Shown here piece after piece: positions 16,827 to 27,315 of a stretch of 32,000 bases of DNA (position 1 is its first letter; every line of letters starts with the position of its first letter). A program made the translations under genes and the position numbers. The notes under the pieces are model-generated. The model was not told the DNA's origin. It searched no databases and worked only from the letters and a program-made list of their open reading frames with translations. Source of the stretch: Moraxella nasicaprae (GTDB lineage Bacteria > Pseudomonadota > Gammaproteobacteria > Pseudomonadales > Moraxellaceae); assembly GCF_025643275.1 (NCBI RefSeq), contig NZ_CP089977.1:690001-722000 (forward strand), written 5' to 3'.

Positions 16827-17966
16827 ATGATTGAGCATTGGACAAAAGAACTGGTACTACAACGCCTGCTGTCGGCAGTACTGCTGACGGTGTTGGTGAT
16901 TTTATGTTTTCAAATCGTGCAATTTTTTATCTCGCCTGCGATTTGGGCGGCGATTTTGGCTTATGTTACCTTTCCTTTGTATCGATTTTTTCATCACAAG
17001 GTTCATCTTAGCCCAACGCTCAGTGCTTTAATTATGACGGCAGCGGTGTCTTTGACCATTGGCGTGCCATTGATTATCGGTGTGCTTTTTCTGCAACAAG
17101 AAGTCATCAGTTTCTATGGCACGATGGTGCATCGCTTACAAGCAGGCTATGTGGATTTGCCAGAAAGCATCAAAAATCTACCCATCATCGGTCAGCAGAT
17201 TCGAGATACACTCTGGGAAATCAACAAAGACCCTGAAAGCTCTATGGCAGCCGCTCGTGCATGGGTGCAATCACATCTGTACTATGGCAAGCTGGCGTTG
17301 GACGCTGTCCTAAAAAATTTGACCAAACTGGGTATGGCGTTGATGACGCTGTTTTTCTTTTATCGTGATGGCATGAGTCTGATGAAACAGATTCGCCAAG
17401 CCATGAAAAACATCATTGGCGACCGTATCGACCACTACATCAACTCAGTGGCAGCCACTACTCAGGCGGTGGTGTATGGCATCGGACTGACCGCACTTGC
17501 CCAAGCGTTGCTGGCGGGTCTGGGCTATGCTGTGGCAAATGCACCCAACCCCATTTTATTGACCATCATTACCTTTATGGTGGCGTTAGTGCCTTTTGGT
17601 ACGCCATTTGCTTGGGGTGGTGTGTCGCTGTGGTTATTGTCTCAGGGATACACCACGCAAGGCATTGGCTTAGGCTTATGGGGAATCTTGGTCATCAGCT
17701 GGGTGGATAATCTGATTCGCCCCATCGTCATTAGTGGTGCAACCAAAATTCCATTTATCCTGATTTTTATTGGCGTGCTTGGAGGTCTGACTGCTTTTGG
17801 CTTTGTAGGATTATTCATCGGTCCTGTGGTGCTTGCCATCGTGCTGGCAGTCTGGCGTGAATGGATTAGCCAGCATAGAAGTGAAATTTTTGCCAACCAA
17901 AATGCTCAAACCACCGCAAACCAGCAAGCCCTACCTTGCGACACCAATAAGACATCATCATGCTAA
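16827..17966 (+). CDS. AI-2E family transporter (PerM/YhhT-like, UPF0118)
   Basis: 379 aa with about 8 TM segments. The conserved C-terminal region is VPFGTPFAWGGVSLWLL...WGILVISWVDNLIRPIVISG. Confidence 0.75.
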   Translation: MIEHWTKELVLQRLLSAVLLTVLVILCFQIVQFFISPAIWAAILAYVTFPLYRFFHHKVHLSPTLSALIMTAAVSLTIGVPLIIGVLFLQQEVISFYGTMVHRLQAGYVDLPESIKNLPIIGQQIRDTLWEINKDPESSMAAARAWVQSHLYYGKLALDAVLKNLTKLGMALMTLFFFYRDGMSLMKQIRQAMKNIIGDRIDHYINSVAATTQAVVYGIGLTALAQALLAGLGYAVANAPNPILLTIITFMVALVPFGTPFAWGGVSLWLLSQGYTTQGIGLGLWGILVISWVDNLIRPIVISGATKIPFILIFIGVLGGLTAFGFVGLFIGPVVLAIVLAVWREWISQHRSEIFANQNAQTTANQQALPCDTNKTSSC

Positions 17967-19030
17967 CCATCATTGCTGACGAAAACATCGCCAATATTGA
18001 TGACTATCTTGGTCATCATCAGGCAAACATCATTAAAATGCACGGACGAGACATCACAGGAGGGCTCGTCAAGGCACATCAAGCAGACGCTTTGTTTGTG
18101 CGTTCAGTAACCCCCATCAACGCCCACACCTTTGGCGATTTAAGCAAGACCTCACTAAAATTTGTGGGTTCGGCAACGATTGGCACAGACCATATTGACC
18201 AAGCATTTTTGGCAAAACATCACATCAGCTTTGCCAATGCAGCAGGTTGTAGCAAGCATTCAGTTGCTCAATATGTCATCTCAGCCATCTTGCATTTACG
18301 CCCAAATGCTCGCCATCAAGCCATCAAACTTGGCATCATTGGACTGGGCAATATCGGTCGAACGCTGGCAACTTATGCCAAAAAATTTGGCTGGCAAGTC
18401 ATCGGCTATGACCCCCATTTGCCCATCAATGCCATCAATCAACACGATTTTGACACCTTATTATCAGACAGTGATGTCGTCAGCATTCATACGCCTTTGG
18501 TCAAAGATGGCAATTACCCAACCTTTGGGCTGTTTGATAAACAAACTCTCGCCAAGCTCAATCCAGCCGCCCTGCTCATCAATACCGCACGAGGCGAAAT
18601 CATTGATGAACAAGCACTGCTCGATGACATTGCCCACACCAAGCGTCAAGTGGTGCTTGATGTCTTTCCAAGCGAGCCAGTCATCAGCGATGCTCTCATG
18701 CGTGCCATCACGCTTGCCACACCACACATCGCAGGCTATACTTTGGAGGGTAAATTGCGTGGTACGGACATGATTTATCAGGCGTTTTGTACGCATTTTG
18801 GGCTGGTAGTTTCTCAGGACTTAAACAGCTTACTGCCTGACAACGCTCATCATTTTGATGAATTTTATCGACTATCAGGCGATGATGTTGCCCATGCCAT
18901 CGCAAGCTACTATCCCATCAATGCCGACCACCAAAGATTATCTTTGGTCAATCATCATGGCGTGCTGGGCGATGATTTTGACAAACTTCGCAAGACCTAC
19001 CCGTTACGCCGTGAATGGCTAAGTGAATGA
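17960..19030 (+). CDS. pdxB: Erythronate-4-phosphate dehydrogenase
   Basis: IIADENI..., FVGSATIGTDHID, GIIGLGNIGR, HIAGYTLEGK, and C-terminal FDKLRKTYPLRREW match PdxB including its specific C-terminal domain. Confidence 0.88.
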   Translation: MLTIIADENIANIDDYLGHHQANIIKMHGRDITGGLVKAHQADALFVRSVTPINAHTFGDLSKTSLKFVGSATIGTDHIDQAFLAKHHISFANAAGCSKHSVAQYVISAILHLRPNARHQAIKLGIIGLGNIGRTLATYAKKFGWQVIGYDPHLPINAINQHDFDTLLSDSDVVSIHTPLVKDGNYPTFGLFDKQTLAKLNPAALLINTARGEIIDEQALLDDIAHTKRQVVLDVFPSEPVISDALMRAITLATPHIAGYTLEGKLRGTDMIYQAFCTHFGLVVSQDLNSLLPDNAHHFDEFYRLSGDDVAHAIASYYPINADHQRLSLVNHHGVLGDDFDKLRKTYPLRREWLSE

Positions 19031-19995
19031 TGATGACTGATTTTGCCCCCACGCTAAGCCTACCACTTGCCATTGCTCGTGGACAAATGCTTGCTCAAAT
19101 TCGCCATTTTTTTGCCCAAAAAAATGTGCTTGAAATCCAAACGCCCATTTTGTCGCACGCTGGCAACACCGATGTCTATATCCAATCTGTACAAACTTGG
19201 TTTCATCAAGCAGGCAAACCCACCACAGGCTATCTGCACACCTCGCCAGAGTTTGCCATGAAACGGGTGCTGGCTGATTATCGAGTGCCGATTTATCAGC
19301 TTTGTCAGGTGTTTCGTGATGACGAAAAAGGCAAAAAACACAACATTGAATTTACGATGCTAGAATGGTATCGTCCTGATTTTGACCTAGACATGCTGGC
19401 TGATGAACTGCATGAGCTGTTGTGCGTGGTGCTCAATCGCCCTTTGACCTTACACAGACTAAGCTATGCCCAAAGTTTTTTGGACAAACTACACATTCAC
19501 CCTTTTTCAGCCAGCATACAGACATTAAAAGACACCGCCTTAACACACGGCATCACGCTGGATATGGGCGATGATAGACAAGGTTGGCTTGATTTATTAT
19601 TTAGTCACTTGATAGAACCTGACTTAGGGTTTGACGCTCCAACTTTGGTGGTGGACTATCCTGTTGCCACCGCAGCCCTTGCCAAAACCGCCATTGACGC
19701 TGATGGTCATGTGGTTGCCAGACGCTTTGAGTTGTATATCAACGGCATCGAAATCGCCAATGCCTATGACGAACTTGCTGATGGCAATGAGCTTGCCAAA
19801 CGCTTTATGGACGACAATGCCAAGCGAACACAATTAGGCTTGCCTGCCATGCCCATTGATACACGCCTGCTGTCAGCCTGTCAGCATTTACCTGCTTGTA
19901 GTGGTATTGCTCTTGGTGTGGATAGGCTCTTTATGGTGCGTGAGTGTTTGGCAGACATCAGCGAGGCGATGATGTTTACGACCGATAAAGCGTGA
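19027..19995 (+). CDS. epmA: Elongation factor P--(R)-beta-lysine ligase (truncated class II LysRS paralog)
   Basis: HTSPEFAMKRVLA, FRDDEKGKKHNIEFTMLEWYR, RFELYINGIEIANAYDEL, CSGIALGVDRLFM. The ATGA overlaps the pdxB stop. Confidence 0.85.
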   Translation: MMMTDFAPTLSLPLAIARGQMLAQIRHFFAQKNVLEIQTPILSHAGNTDVYIQSVQTWFHQAGKPTTGYLHTSPEFAMKRVLADYRVPIYQLCQVFRDDEKGKKHNIEFTMLEWYRPDFDLDMLADELHELLCVVLNRPLTLHRLSYAQSFLDKLHIHPFSASIQTLKDTALTHGITLDMGDDRQGWLDLLFSHLIEPDLGFDAPTLVVDYPVATAALAKTAIDADGHVVARRFELYINGIEIANAYDELADGNELAKRFMDDNAKRTQLGLPAMPIDTRLLSACQHLPACSGIALGVDRLFMVRECLADISEAMMFTTDKA

Positions 19996-20001
19996 ATCAG
20001 A

Positions 20002-20820
20002 TTAAGTGGCTGGCATGGTTTTGCCCAGCACGCCAGCCGCCCAAATGATGAGTGGTAAATCCACCATTTGACCATCGCAAGCAAACACCATTTGCCCTGT
20101 TTCTTCAAAGATTTGCCAAATGGCGGTCGCTTTTTTCCAATCATCTTGTTTGGCGATGGCTTGTTTGGCGATGTTGATTTGTTTTGGGTGAATCAGTAGC
20201 TGTCCGCCAAACCCAAAATCCAGCCAATGTTGCACACACGCCATCATGCCAGATTCATCATCAAATCTAGGATAAATCGTCTCAATCGGCGGGTGTAGTC
20301 CATGAATCGCTGAATGAATCACAAGGTCGGTGCGAATTTTATCAAACATCACGCCTGCTGCCTGTGAGTTGAGCCGTACACCAAGCCCTTTCATCAAATC
20401 CAAACAGCCAAAACTTAATGCAAACAAACCCTTGCTTTGGGCAATTTGTGCAATATTTGCCACACCCAGCGGTGTCTCAATCATCGCAATGATGGGTAGG
20501 TGGGTTTGCTGGCTTAACATTTGCACTTGCAGATGATTCTCGCATTTGGGCAACAGCAACCCAGATACGCCAGTCAGCTTGGACAGCATTGATACATCAT
20601 CAGCAAAATCAGCACTGGACACGCCATTGATACGAAGCCAATACGAGCATTCATGCTCATCATCAAACTGTATCAATGACTGGCGAATGGCATCTTTTTG
20701 GTCGCAGGCAACGGTATCTTCAAGGTCAATGATGACAGCACTTGCCCCAGCATCAATGGCTTTTTGTACTCTATCTAGACGACTGGCTGGCACAAATAAA
20801 AATAGTAACTGCTCCATCAT
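20002..20820 (-). CDS. HpcH/HpaI aldolase / citrate lyase beta subunit-like (CitE family) protein
   Basis: 272 aa. N-terminal LFVPASRLDRVQKAIDAGASAVIIDLEDTVA and MIETPLGVANI are CitE/malyl-CoA-lyase-like motifs. Confidence 0.7.
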   Translation of the reverse strand: MMEQLLFLFVPASRLDRVQKAIDAGASAVIIDLEDTVACDQKDAIRQSLIQFDDEHECSYWLRINGVSSADFADDVSMLSKLTGVSGLLLPKCENHLQVQMLSQQTHLPIIAMIETPLGVANIAQIAQSKGLFALSFGCLDLMKGLGVRLNSQAAGVMFDKIRTDLVIHSAIHGLHPPIETIYPRFDDESGMMACVQHWLDFGFGGQLLIHPKQINIAKQAIAKQDDWKKATAIWQIFEETGQMVFACDGQMVDLPLIIWAAGVLGKTMPAT

Positions 20821-20955
20821 ACTTTATCCTTGCTGATGATTGATGACATTGCTAATGTAGCATGATTTGGCGATTTGGGCAATCTTTGCAAGGTTTGCAC
20901 TTTTTGGCACTTAGCGATACAATAAATTTACTTTTATCATCAGTCAAAAAATTTT

Positions 20956-22419
20956 ATGAATGTACCAAATATTTTAAACAATCCGTCCTTATGGCAACAC
21001 CAAAGTTTCATCAATAATCAGTGGGTAGATGGCAAGGCAAGCAAATTTGATGTCGTCAATCCCTTTGATGGTCAAGTTTTGACCAGCATTCAAGGGCTTG
21101 ATTTGGCACAAGTTCACACCGCCATTGATACCGCTCATACCGCTTGGCAGGCTTGGGCAAAAACCAGTGCCAAACATCGTGCCACACTATTGCATCGCTG
21201 GGCAGATTTGATTGATGAACACACTGATGACCTTGCCAAAATCATGACCTTAGAACAAGGTAAGCCACTGAGCGAATCAACTGGCGAGATGGGCTATGCC
21301 AATAGTTTTATTCGCTGGTTTGCCGAAGAAGGCAGACGAGTGTATGGCGACATCATCGCTGCCAATCAGCCTAATTTACGCCATCAAGTACTCAAACAGC
21401 CCATCGGTGTCTGTGCTGCCATCACGCCATGGAATTTTCCAGCGGCAATGATTACCCGAAAAGTCGCTCCTGCGTTGGCGGCAGGCTGCACCATCATCGT
21501 CAAGCCAGACAGCCAAACACCGCTGACCGCTTTGGCTCTGGCATATCTGGCACAACAGGCGGGATTGCCGGCAGGTGTCTTTCAAGTCGTACTGGGCGAT
21601 GCTCAAATGATTGGCGAGGTTTTGTGTCAGCATCCAACCATTCGCAAACTAAGTTTTACAGGCTCAACCCGTGTGGGTAAAATTCTGATGGCAAATAGTG
21701 CCAGCACCCTCAAAAAACTATCACTAGAACTGGGCGGTAATGCACCTTTTATCGTGTTTGATGATGCCAATTTAGAACAAGCCGTTGATGGCTTGATTGC
21801 CTCAAAATATCGCAATGCTGGACAAACTTGTGTCTGTGCCAATCGTATTTTTGTCCAAAATAACATCAAAGAACAATTTGTTCAACTGCTTGCCAGTAAG
21901 GTCGCCACGCTAAGGGTTGGTAATGGCTTGGATAAAGGGGTGCAAATTGGACCAATGATTCATCAAGATGCCCTACAAAAAGCCCAAAAACTGCTCAACA
22001 CCACCGTCAATCAAGGAGCAAAAATCATCACAGGTGGCGCCGTGCATCACAGTTCTGCTTTGGCTTTGATGCCAACCATCATTGATGGCGTGCGACATGA
22101 CATGGATATTGCTCAGACGGAGATTTTTGCACCGATTTTACCAATTTTTGGGTTTGATAACGAAAATGAAGTCATCAACCTTGCCAATGACACCCCTTAT
22201 GGTTTGGCGGCATATTTTTATACCAACAACATGGCTCGTTCATGGCGTGTGTGCGAGGCATTGGAATATGGTATGGTTGCCCAAAATACAGGGCTGCTTT
22301 CCACCGAAGTTGCTCCCTTTGGTGGTGTCAAAGAGTCAGGCTTTGGGCGAGAGGGTTCCAAATACGGCATCGATGAATATTTAACCATCAAATATTGGTG
22401 CTTGCACATCGATGACTGA
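20956..22419 (+). CDS. gabD: Succinate-semialdehyde dehydrogenase (aldehyde dehydrogenase family)
   Basis: 487 aa. ITPWNFPAAMITRK, LELGGNAPFIVFDDA, GQTCVCANR, and EGSKYGIDEYLTIKY at the C-terminus. Confidence 0.85.
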   Translation: MNVPNILNNPSLWQHQSFINNQWVDGKASKFDVVNPFDGQVLTSIQGLDLAQVHTAIDTAHTAWQAWAKTSAKHRATLLHRWADLIDEHTDDLAKIMTLEQGKPLSESTGEMGYANSFIRWFAEEGRRVYGDIIAANQPNLRHQVLKQPIGVCAAITPWNFPAAMITRKVAPALAAGCTIIVKPDSQTPLTALALAYLAQQAGLPAGVFQVVLGDAQMIGEVLCQHPTIRKLSFTGSTRVGKILMANSASTLKKLSLELGGNAPFIVFDDANLEQAVDGLIASKYRNAGQTCVCANRIFVQNNIKEQFVQLLASKVATLRVGNGLDKGVQIGPMIHQDALQKAQKLLNTTVNQGAKIITGGAVHHSSALALMPTIIDGVRHDMDIAQTEIFAPILPIFGFDNENEVINLANDTPYGLAAYFYTNNMARSWRVCEALEYGMVAQNTGLLSTEVAPFGGVKESGFGREGSKYGIDEYLTIKYWCLHIDD

Positions 22420-22495
22420 CCAGCTGTTTTGCTGAAAAACTCACCAAATCTTGCTAGAATATCCCATTTTGCCCAAACATAAGAAATCATTTGTC

Positions 22496-23899
22496 ATGTT
22501 TTTTGATTTACGCCAACACAGCTGGCACAGTTACAAAAAAGAACTGTCCGCCTTGACCACCCTAACCCTACCCATGCTACTTGCCCAAATCGCCCAAGTT
22601 GGCACAGGCTTTGTCGATACCATCATGGCAGGCGGGGCTGGCAAAGAACACTTAGCTGCGGTGGCGTTGGGCAGTAGTCTATTTTTTACAATCTATGTGA
22701 CCTTGATGGGTGTGATGACGGCAGTCAATCCCATGCTTGCCCAGCTCTACGGAGCAAATCACACCACCCAAATTGGTGTGCTGGGACGACAGGGCATTTG
22801 GTTTGGGTTATTTTGTGGGCTTGTGGGCATGGGTTTGGTGTGGCTTGCCATCGCTCCTTTTCAGGCATGGCTTGATGTCAGCCAGACCACGCTAGGCATC
22901 ACCGCAGAATATCTATGGTTCATTGGGCTTGCCATGCCTGCTGCAATGGTTCATCGAGCATTGCACGCCTATGCGTCTAGCCTCAATCGACCACGCACCA
23001 TCATGTGGGTCAGTTGGCTGTGTTTCTTTTTGAACATTCCGCTCAACTATATTTTTGTTTATGGCAAATTTGGCATGCCTTCTCTGGGTGGGGCTGGCTG
23101 TGGGCTGGCTACGGCAGTGGTCTTTTGGGTCAATGCCATCGTACTGTGGATATACATCGCCAAAGACCGCTATTTTGCTCCTTTTGGTCTGATGCAGCGA
23201 TTTGATTTGCCAGACCTTAGGCAGTTTGCAGCGATGCTCAAACTGGGTGTACCCATTGGATTTTCATTCTTTTTGGAAGTCAGCTTATTTACCTGCATCA
23301 TGTTTTTGCTTGCCAAATTAGATGGCAATAGCGAGGATTTTGTTGCTGCTCAGCAGATTGTGATGAGCTTGACCAGTTTGATTTTTATGATACCATCAAG
23401 TCTTGGCAATGCCTCCACCGTGCGTGTCGGTCAAGCCTTAGGTGCTAACCAACCTGCTCAGGCTCGCTACAATGCAGGGGTTGCTATTTCGTTATCAATG
23501 GTGCTGTCTGTGGTAACTGCCATTGGTCTGATTGTACTAAGAACGCCTGTTGCACGAATGTACACCGATGATGTTGCTGTATTAGACATCGCCACCACGC
23601 TCTTGCTGTTCTCGGCAGCATTTCAGCTGGTCGATGCGGTACAATGTGTGTCTAGTTGTGCTTTGCGTGGCTACAAGGTATCAACCATGCCCATGATTAT
23701 CCACATCATTTCTTTTTGGGGCTGTGGGCTGATTCCTGGTTACTATCTGGCATTTCATCAGCAAATGGGCATTTATGGTTTTTGGACAGCCTTGGTCATC
23801 TCGCTTGGTGTGGCGGCGGTGTGGCTGACTTGGTATCTAGAAATTCATAGCAAAAAAAATTCTGCTGGCAATCAAAGAATGCCATTAGCACAAGAATAA
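22496..23899 (+). CDS. norM: MATE family multidrug efflux transporter (NorM/MdtK-like)
   Basis: ATG at 22496; the track start at 22451 is a TTG. LTLPMLLAQIAQVGTGFVDTIMAGG and NIPLNYIFVYGKFGMPSLGGAGCGLATA are colinear with E. coli MdtK/NorM. Confidence 0.82.
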   Translation: MFFDLRQHSWHSYKKELSALTTLTLPMLLAQIAQVGTGFVDTIMAGGAGKEHLAAVALGSSLFFTIYVTLMGVMTAVNPMLAQLYGANHTTQIGVLGRQGIWFGLFCGLVGMGLVWLAIAPFQAWLDVSQTTLGITAEYLWFIGLAMPAAMVHRALHAYASSLNRPRTIMWVSWLCFFLNIPLNYIFVYGKFGMPSLGGAGCGLATAVVFWVNAIVLWIYIAKDRYFAPFGLMQRFDLPDLRQFAAMLKLGVPIGFSFFLEVSLFTCIMFLLAKLDGNSEDFVAAQQIVMSLTSLIFMIPSSLGNASTVRVGQALGANQPAQARYNAGVAISLSMVLSVVTAIGLIVLRTPVARMYTDDVAVLDIATTLLLFSAAFQLVDAVQCVSSCALRGYKVSTMPMIIHIISFWGCGLIPGYYLAFHQQMGIYGFWTALVISLGVAAVWLTWYLEIHSKKNSAGNQRMPLAQE

Positions 23900-24052
23900 A
23901 AAAACCTGCACTTACTGGCTAATTTTAAAAATAACCAAGTCGCTGATGCGGTGTAGGCAAAATCATCGGACGGCAACGCTAGCCACCCTTGTTTTAGTTG
24001 TCCATACAGCATAAAAATTTACGGTGGTGGTCTAAAAAGTAACCAAACTGGG

Positions 24053-24128
24053 TTTTTTCGTTCGCCCTAATCTTGTCAAAGAGCAGGAAAACAATGGCGG
24101 CTTGACAAGCTTGCCACGAACGGTTTTC
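24053..24128 (+). repeat. Palindromic intergenic repeat (REP/MITE-like), copy 2
   Basis: ttttCGTTCGccctaatCTTGTCAAagagcaggaaaac...TTGACAAGcttgccaCGAACGgtttt, in the same orientation and with the same termini as copy 1 (9024-9098). Confidence 0.7.
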
Positions 24129-24214
24129 TTTGTAGCATACTTTTTTAAGCCAGAACCAAATTTACTTGTGCTTTTTTTTGACAAGTACTTGCTTTTTTAA
24201 ACCATACAATCCAT

Positions 24215-24245
24215 AAAAAACACCGCCAATCTGACGGTGTTTTTT
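24215..24245. terminator. Rho-independent (bidirectional) terminator downstream of the cold-shock gene
   Basis: AAAAAACACCG-ccaatctga-CGGTGTTTTTT, 3 nt beyond the csp stop codon. Confidence 0.65.
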
Positions 24246-24247
24246 GC

Positions 24248-24460
24248 TTAAATCTTTTCGATTTGTTCGGCTTGTGGTCCTTTTTGACCTTCACCCAAGA
24301 TGAAAGCAACTTTTTGACCTTCGCTTAATGTTTTAAAGCCAGAACCTGTGATGGCACTATAATGAGCGAACACATCAGGACCGCCAGCATCTTGGGCGAT
24401 GAAGCCAAAGCCTTTTGATTCGTTAAACCACTTAACCGTGCCGAAAACTTTATTTGACAT
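24248..24460 (-). CDS. Cold-shock protein, CspA family
   Basis: 70 aa. [15 protein letters not shown] (RNP1) and DVFAHYSAI (RNP2). Confidence 0.92.
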   Translation of the reverse strand: MSNKVFGTVKWFNESKGFGFIAQDAGGPDVFAHYSAITGSGFKTLSEGQKVAFILGEGQKGPQAEQIEKI

Positions 24461-24734
24461 AAGTATTCCTATCTAAAATGAATAAAAAAATCATGCTATT
24501 TATGCCTACTTGCAAAACGAGAGATAACAACGCTGAGCAAGCCCATTTTTATTCAATCAATCAAATAAGAACTTATTAGGATTTTTTAAATATTGCCTTG
24601 TATCACTGCCTAGATTTCGCAGTTTTTAAAAAACCAAACCATCAATCTGATTTTCTAACGGTACAAATACCATGGGTGCAGTATAGCAAACTTTTGCCAA
24701 ATAAAGTATGCTTTTTTATCAAAAAAGCTGATTT

Positions 24735-25145
24735 TTACCAAAAATTAATCAATCCAAGCACCTGTGCCAACGCAAGTACGCTTGCCAAGCCATACACTTG
24801 GGCAAAAGACTGACAAAACGATAAATATTTGGCAGGCACAACCATATCCATTGGGTCATCTGGCAAGTCTTCGCTTTTAATCAAACTGCCACTATAAAAA
24901 AAGCCAATCAACGCATATAAAGGATATGCCACCGCCACCGCACTGCCAAACTGAGCGAAGTCCAAAAAATACCACGCCACCGCCGACACCAGCACCCAAA
25001 CGCTGGTCATCAAGCTGATGATGGCAAAAAAGTTACTTTGGGGCATTTTGCCTTGATTTTTGAGCAGTAGTGCTGCCTCAACATAAACCAAGCACGCCAT
25101 CAGCAGGCTAAGCACCAAAAAACAAGTTACTAAGTCAAATTTCAT
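24735..25145 (-). CDS. Hypothetical small integral membrane protein (about 4 TM segments)
   Basis: ATG at 25145; the track start at 25148 is a GTG. Four hydrophobic stretches and no recognised motif. Confidence 0.5.
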   Translation of the reverse strand: MKFDLVTCFLVLSLLMACLVYVEAALLLKNQGKMPQSNFFAIISLMTSVWVLVSAVAWYFLDFAQFGSAVAVAYPLYALIGFFYSGSLIKSEDLPDDPMDMVVPAKYLSFCQSFAQVYGLASVLALAQVLGLINFW

Positions 25146-25232
25146 CACGATTTATCAAGCATATCTTATTGGTTTTGGCATTATACACCATTTGAGCGGT
25201 TTGCCAAAATTGCTTTTATACAAAAAAATTGA

Positions 25233-25268
25233 CACAAAAAACAACCGCCCCAAAAGGACGGTTGTTGG
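25233..25268 (-). terminator. Rho-independent terminator of ilvC
   Basis: On the minus strand: ACAACCG-tccttttgggg-CGGTTGT followed by TTTTTGTG, 17 nt beyond the ilvC stop. Confidence 0.65.
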
Positions 25269-25284
25269 CATATCAAAGAAAAAA

Positions 25285-26358
<1,074 letters not shown>

Positions 26359-26369
26359 TCATGTAAAAA

Positions 26370-27263
26370 TTATTTTGATGATTTCATCATCATGATGATA
26401 CCAATAAAAATCAATAATGAGCCAATATACCCAGTGGCACTTAACACATCACCAAAAACTATTAACGCCAATAGTGTGGCGAATAATGGGTCGCTGGTTT
26501 CAATAATCTGAACCTTGCTTGCCTCGCCATATTCAATGGCTTTGGTGGTCAAGTAAAATCCCCCAATGGTTGGTAATAGCACAAGGCAAATAATCATCAG
26601 CCACGCCATGCCGTTTGGTAAATAAAAATCCCAAAAATAAGGCACTGACAGATAAAGACTGCCAAAAGCAAATAACCAAAAAAGCTGGGCGACACCACCA
26701 CCGACTTTTAATAACTTTGAGATGAATATAAATAACGCATAGCCAAGACCACCAAGCAACGCCAAAATAAAGCCCAGATAACCGCCATGCACATCGCTTT
26801 CAAATAACAGCAAACAACAGACGCCAGCCATGATACTAAAAAACGCTGCTACTTTATTGAGGGTGAGCCGTTCTTTTAAAAAAACCGATAAAAAGACCGT
26901 TACCCCGCCTGCTGCATAAGTTAAAAACGACACCAAAGGGATAGAAGCGTGATAAAATGCCCAAGTTTCAAAGAAATACAGGCAAAAAATCCCCAAAAAT
27001 CCCAATAAAGCAAATTGATACCAGTGCTTTGAATGGCGTATGATTTCTTGCTTTGTCTGTCGATTGCCAAAACCAATCAAACATATGATTAAAAAAGCAA
27101 GAAAGCATTTCCAAAAAGCCAAGGCAACAGGGGATAATTTATCATCAAACTCAAAGGCAAGTCTGGTAAATATGCCAATAGACCCATTGATAATCGCTGC
27201 CAAAAGAGCAAAAATTTCTGGTCTTACCAATGCCTTCACATCAATCCCCAACGCCCTATCCAT
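26370..27263 (-). CDS. DMT superfamily transporter (EamA/RhaT-like, 10 TM)
   Basis: 297 aa with two EamA-like halves of 5 TM each. It lies between ilvH and ilvC on the same strand, with 52- and 62-bp gaps. Confidence 0.7.
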   Translation of the reverse strand: MDRALGIDVKALVRPEIFALLAAIINGSIGIFTRLAFEFDDKLSPVALAFWKCFLAFLIICLIGFGNRQTKQEIIRHSKHWYQFALLGFLGIFCLYFFETWAFYHASIPLVSFLTYAAGGVTVFLSVFLKERLTLNKVAAFFSIMAGVCCLLLFESDVHGGYLGFILALLGGLGYALFIFISKLLKVGGGVAQLFWLFAFGSLYLSVPYFWDFYLPNGMAWLMIICLVLLPTIGGFYLTTKAIEYGEASKVQIIETSDPLFATLLALIVFGDVLSATGYIGSLLIFIGIIMMMKSSK

Positions 27264-27315
27264 TAACTCTTTGGCTTAGCTGGCATTAAATCTTCATTGA
27301 CGCATTTTGGCAAAC

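Noticed and set aside
18162-18773. A 203-aa plus-strand ORF nested in pdxB in another frame.
   Set aside because: pdxB is colinear with E. coli PdxB across this region. The nested ORF has a Ser/Pro/Cys-rich composition and no start context.
23900-24050. The intergenic stretch after the MATE gene was scanned for a tRNA or small RNA gene.
   Set aside because: There is no T-loop (GTTCRANYC) or acceptor-stem complementarity. Only a weak hairpin was seen further along (tacttgt...acaagta, 24163-24187). Nothing there can be supported.
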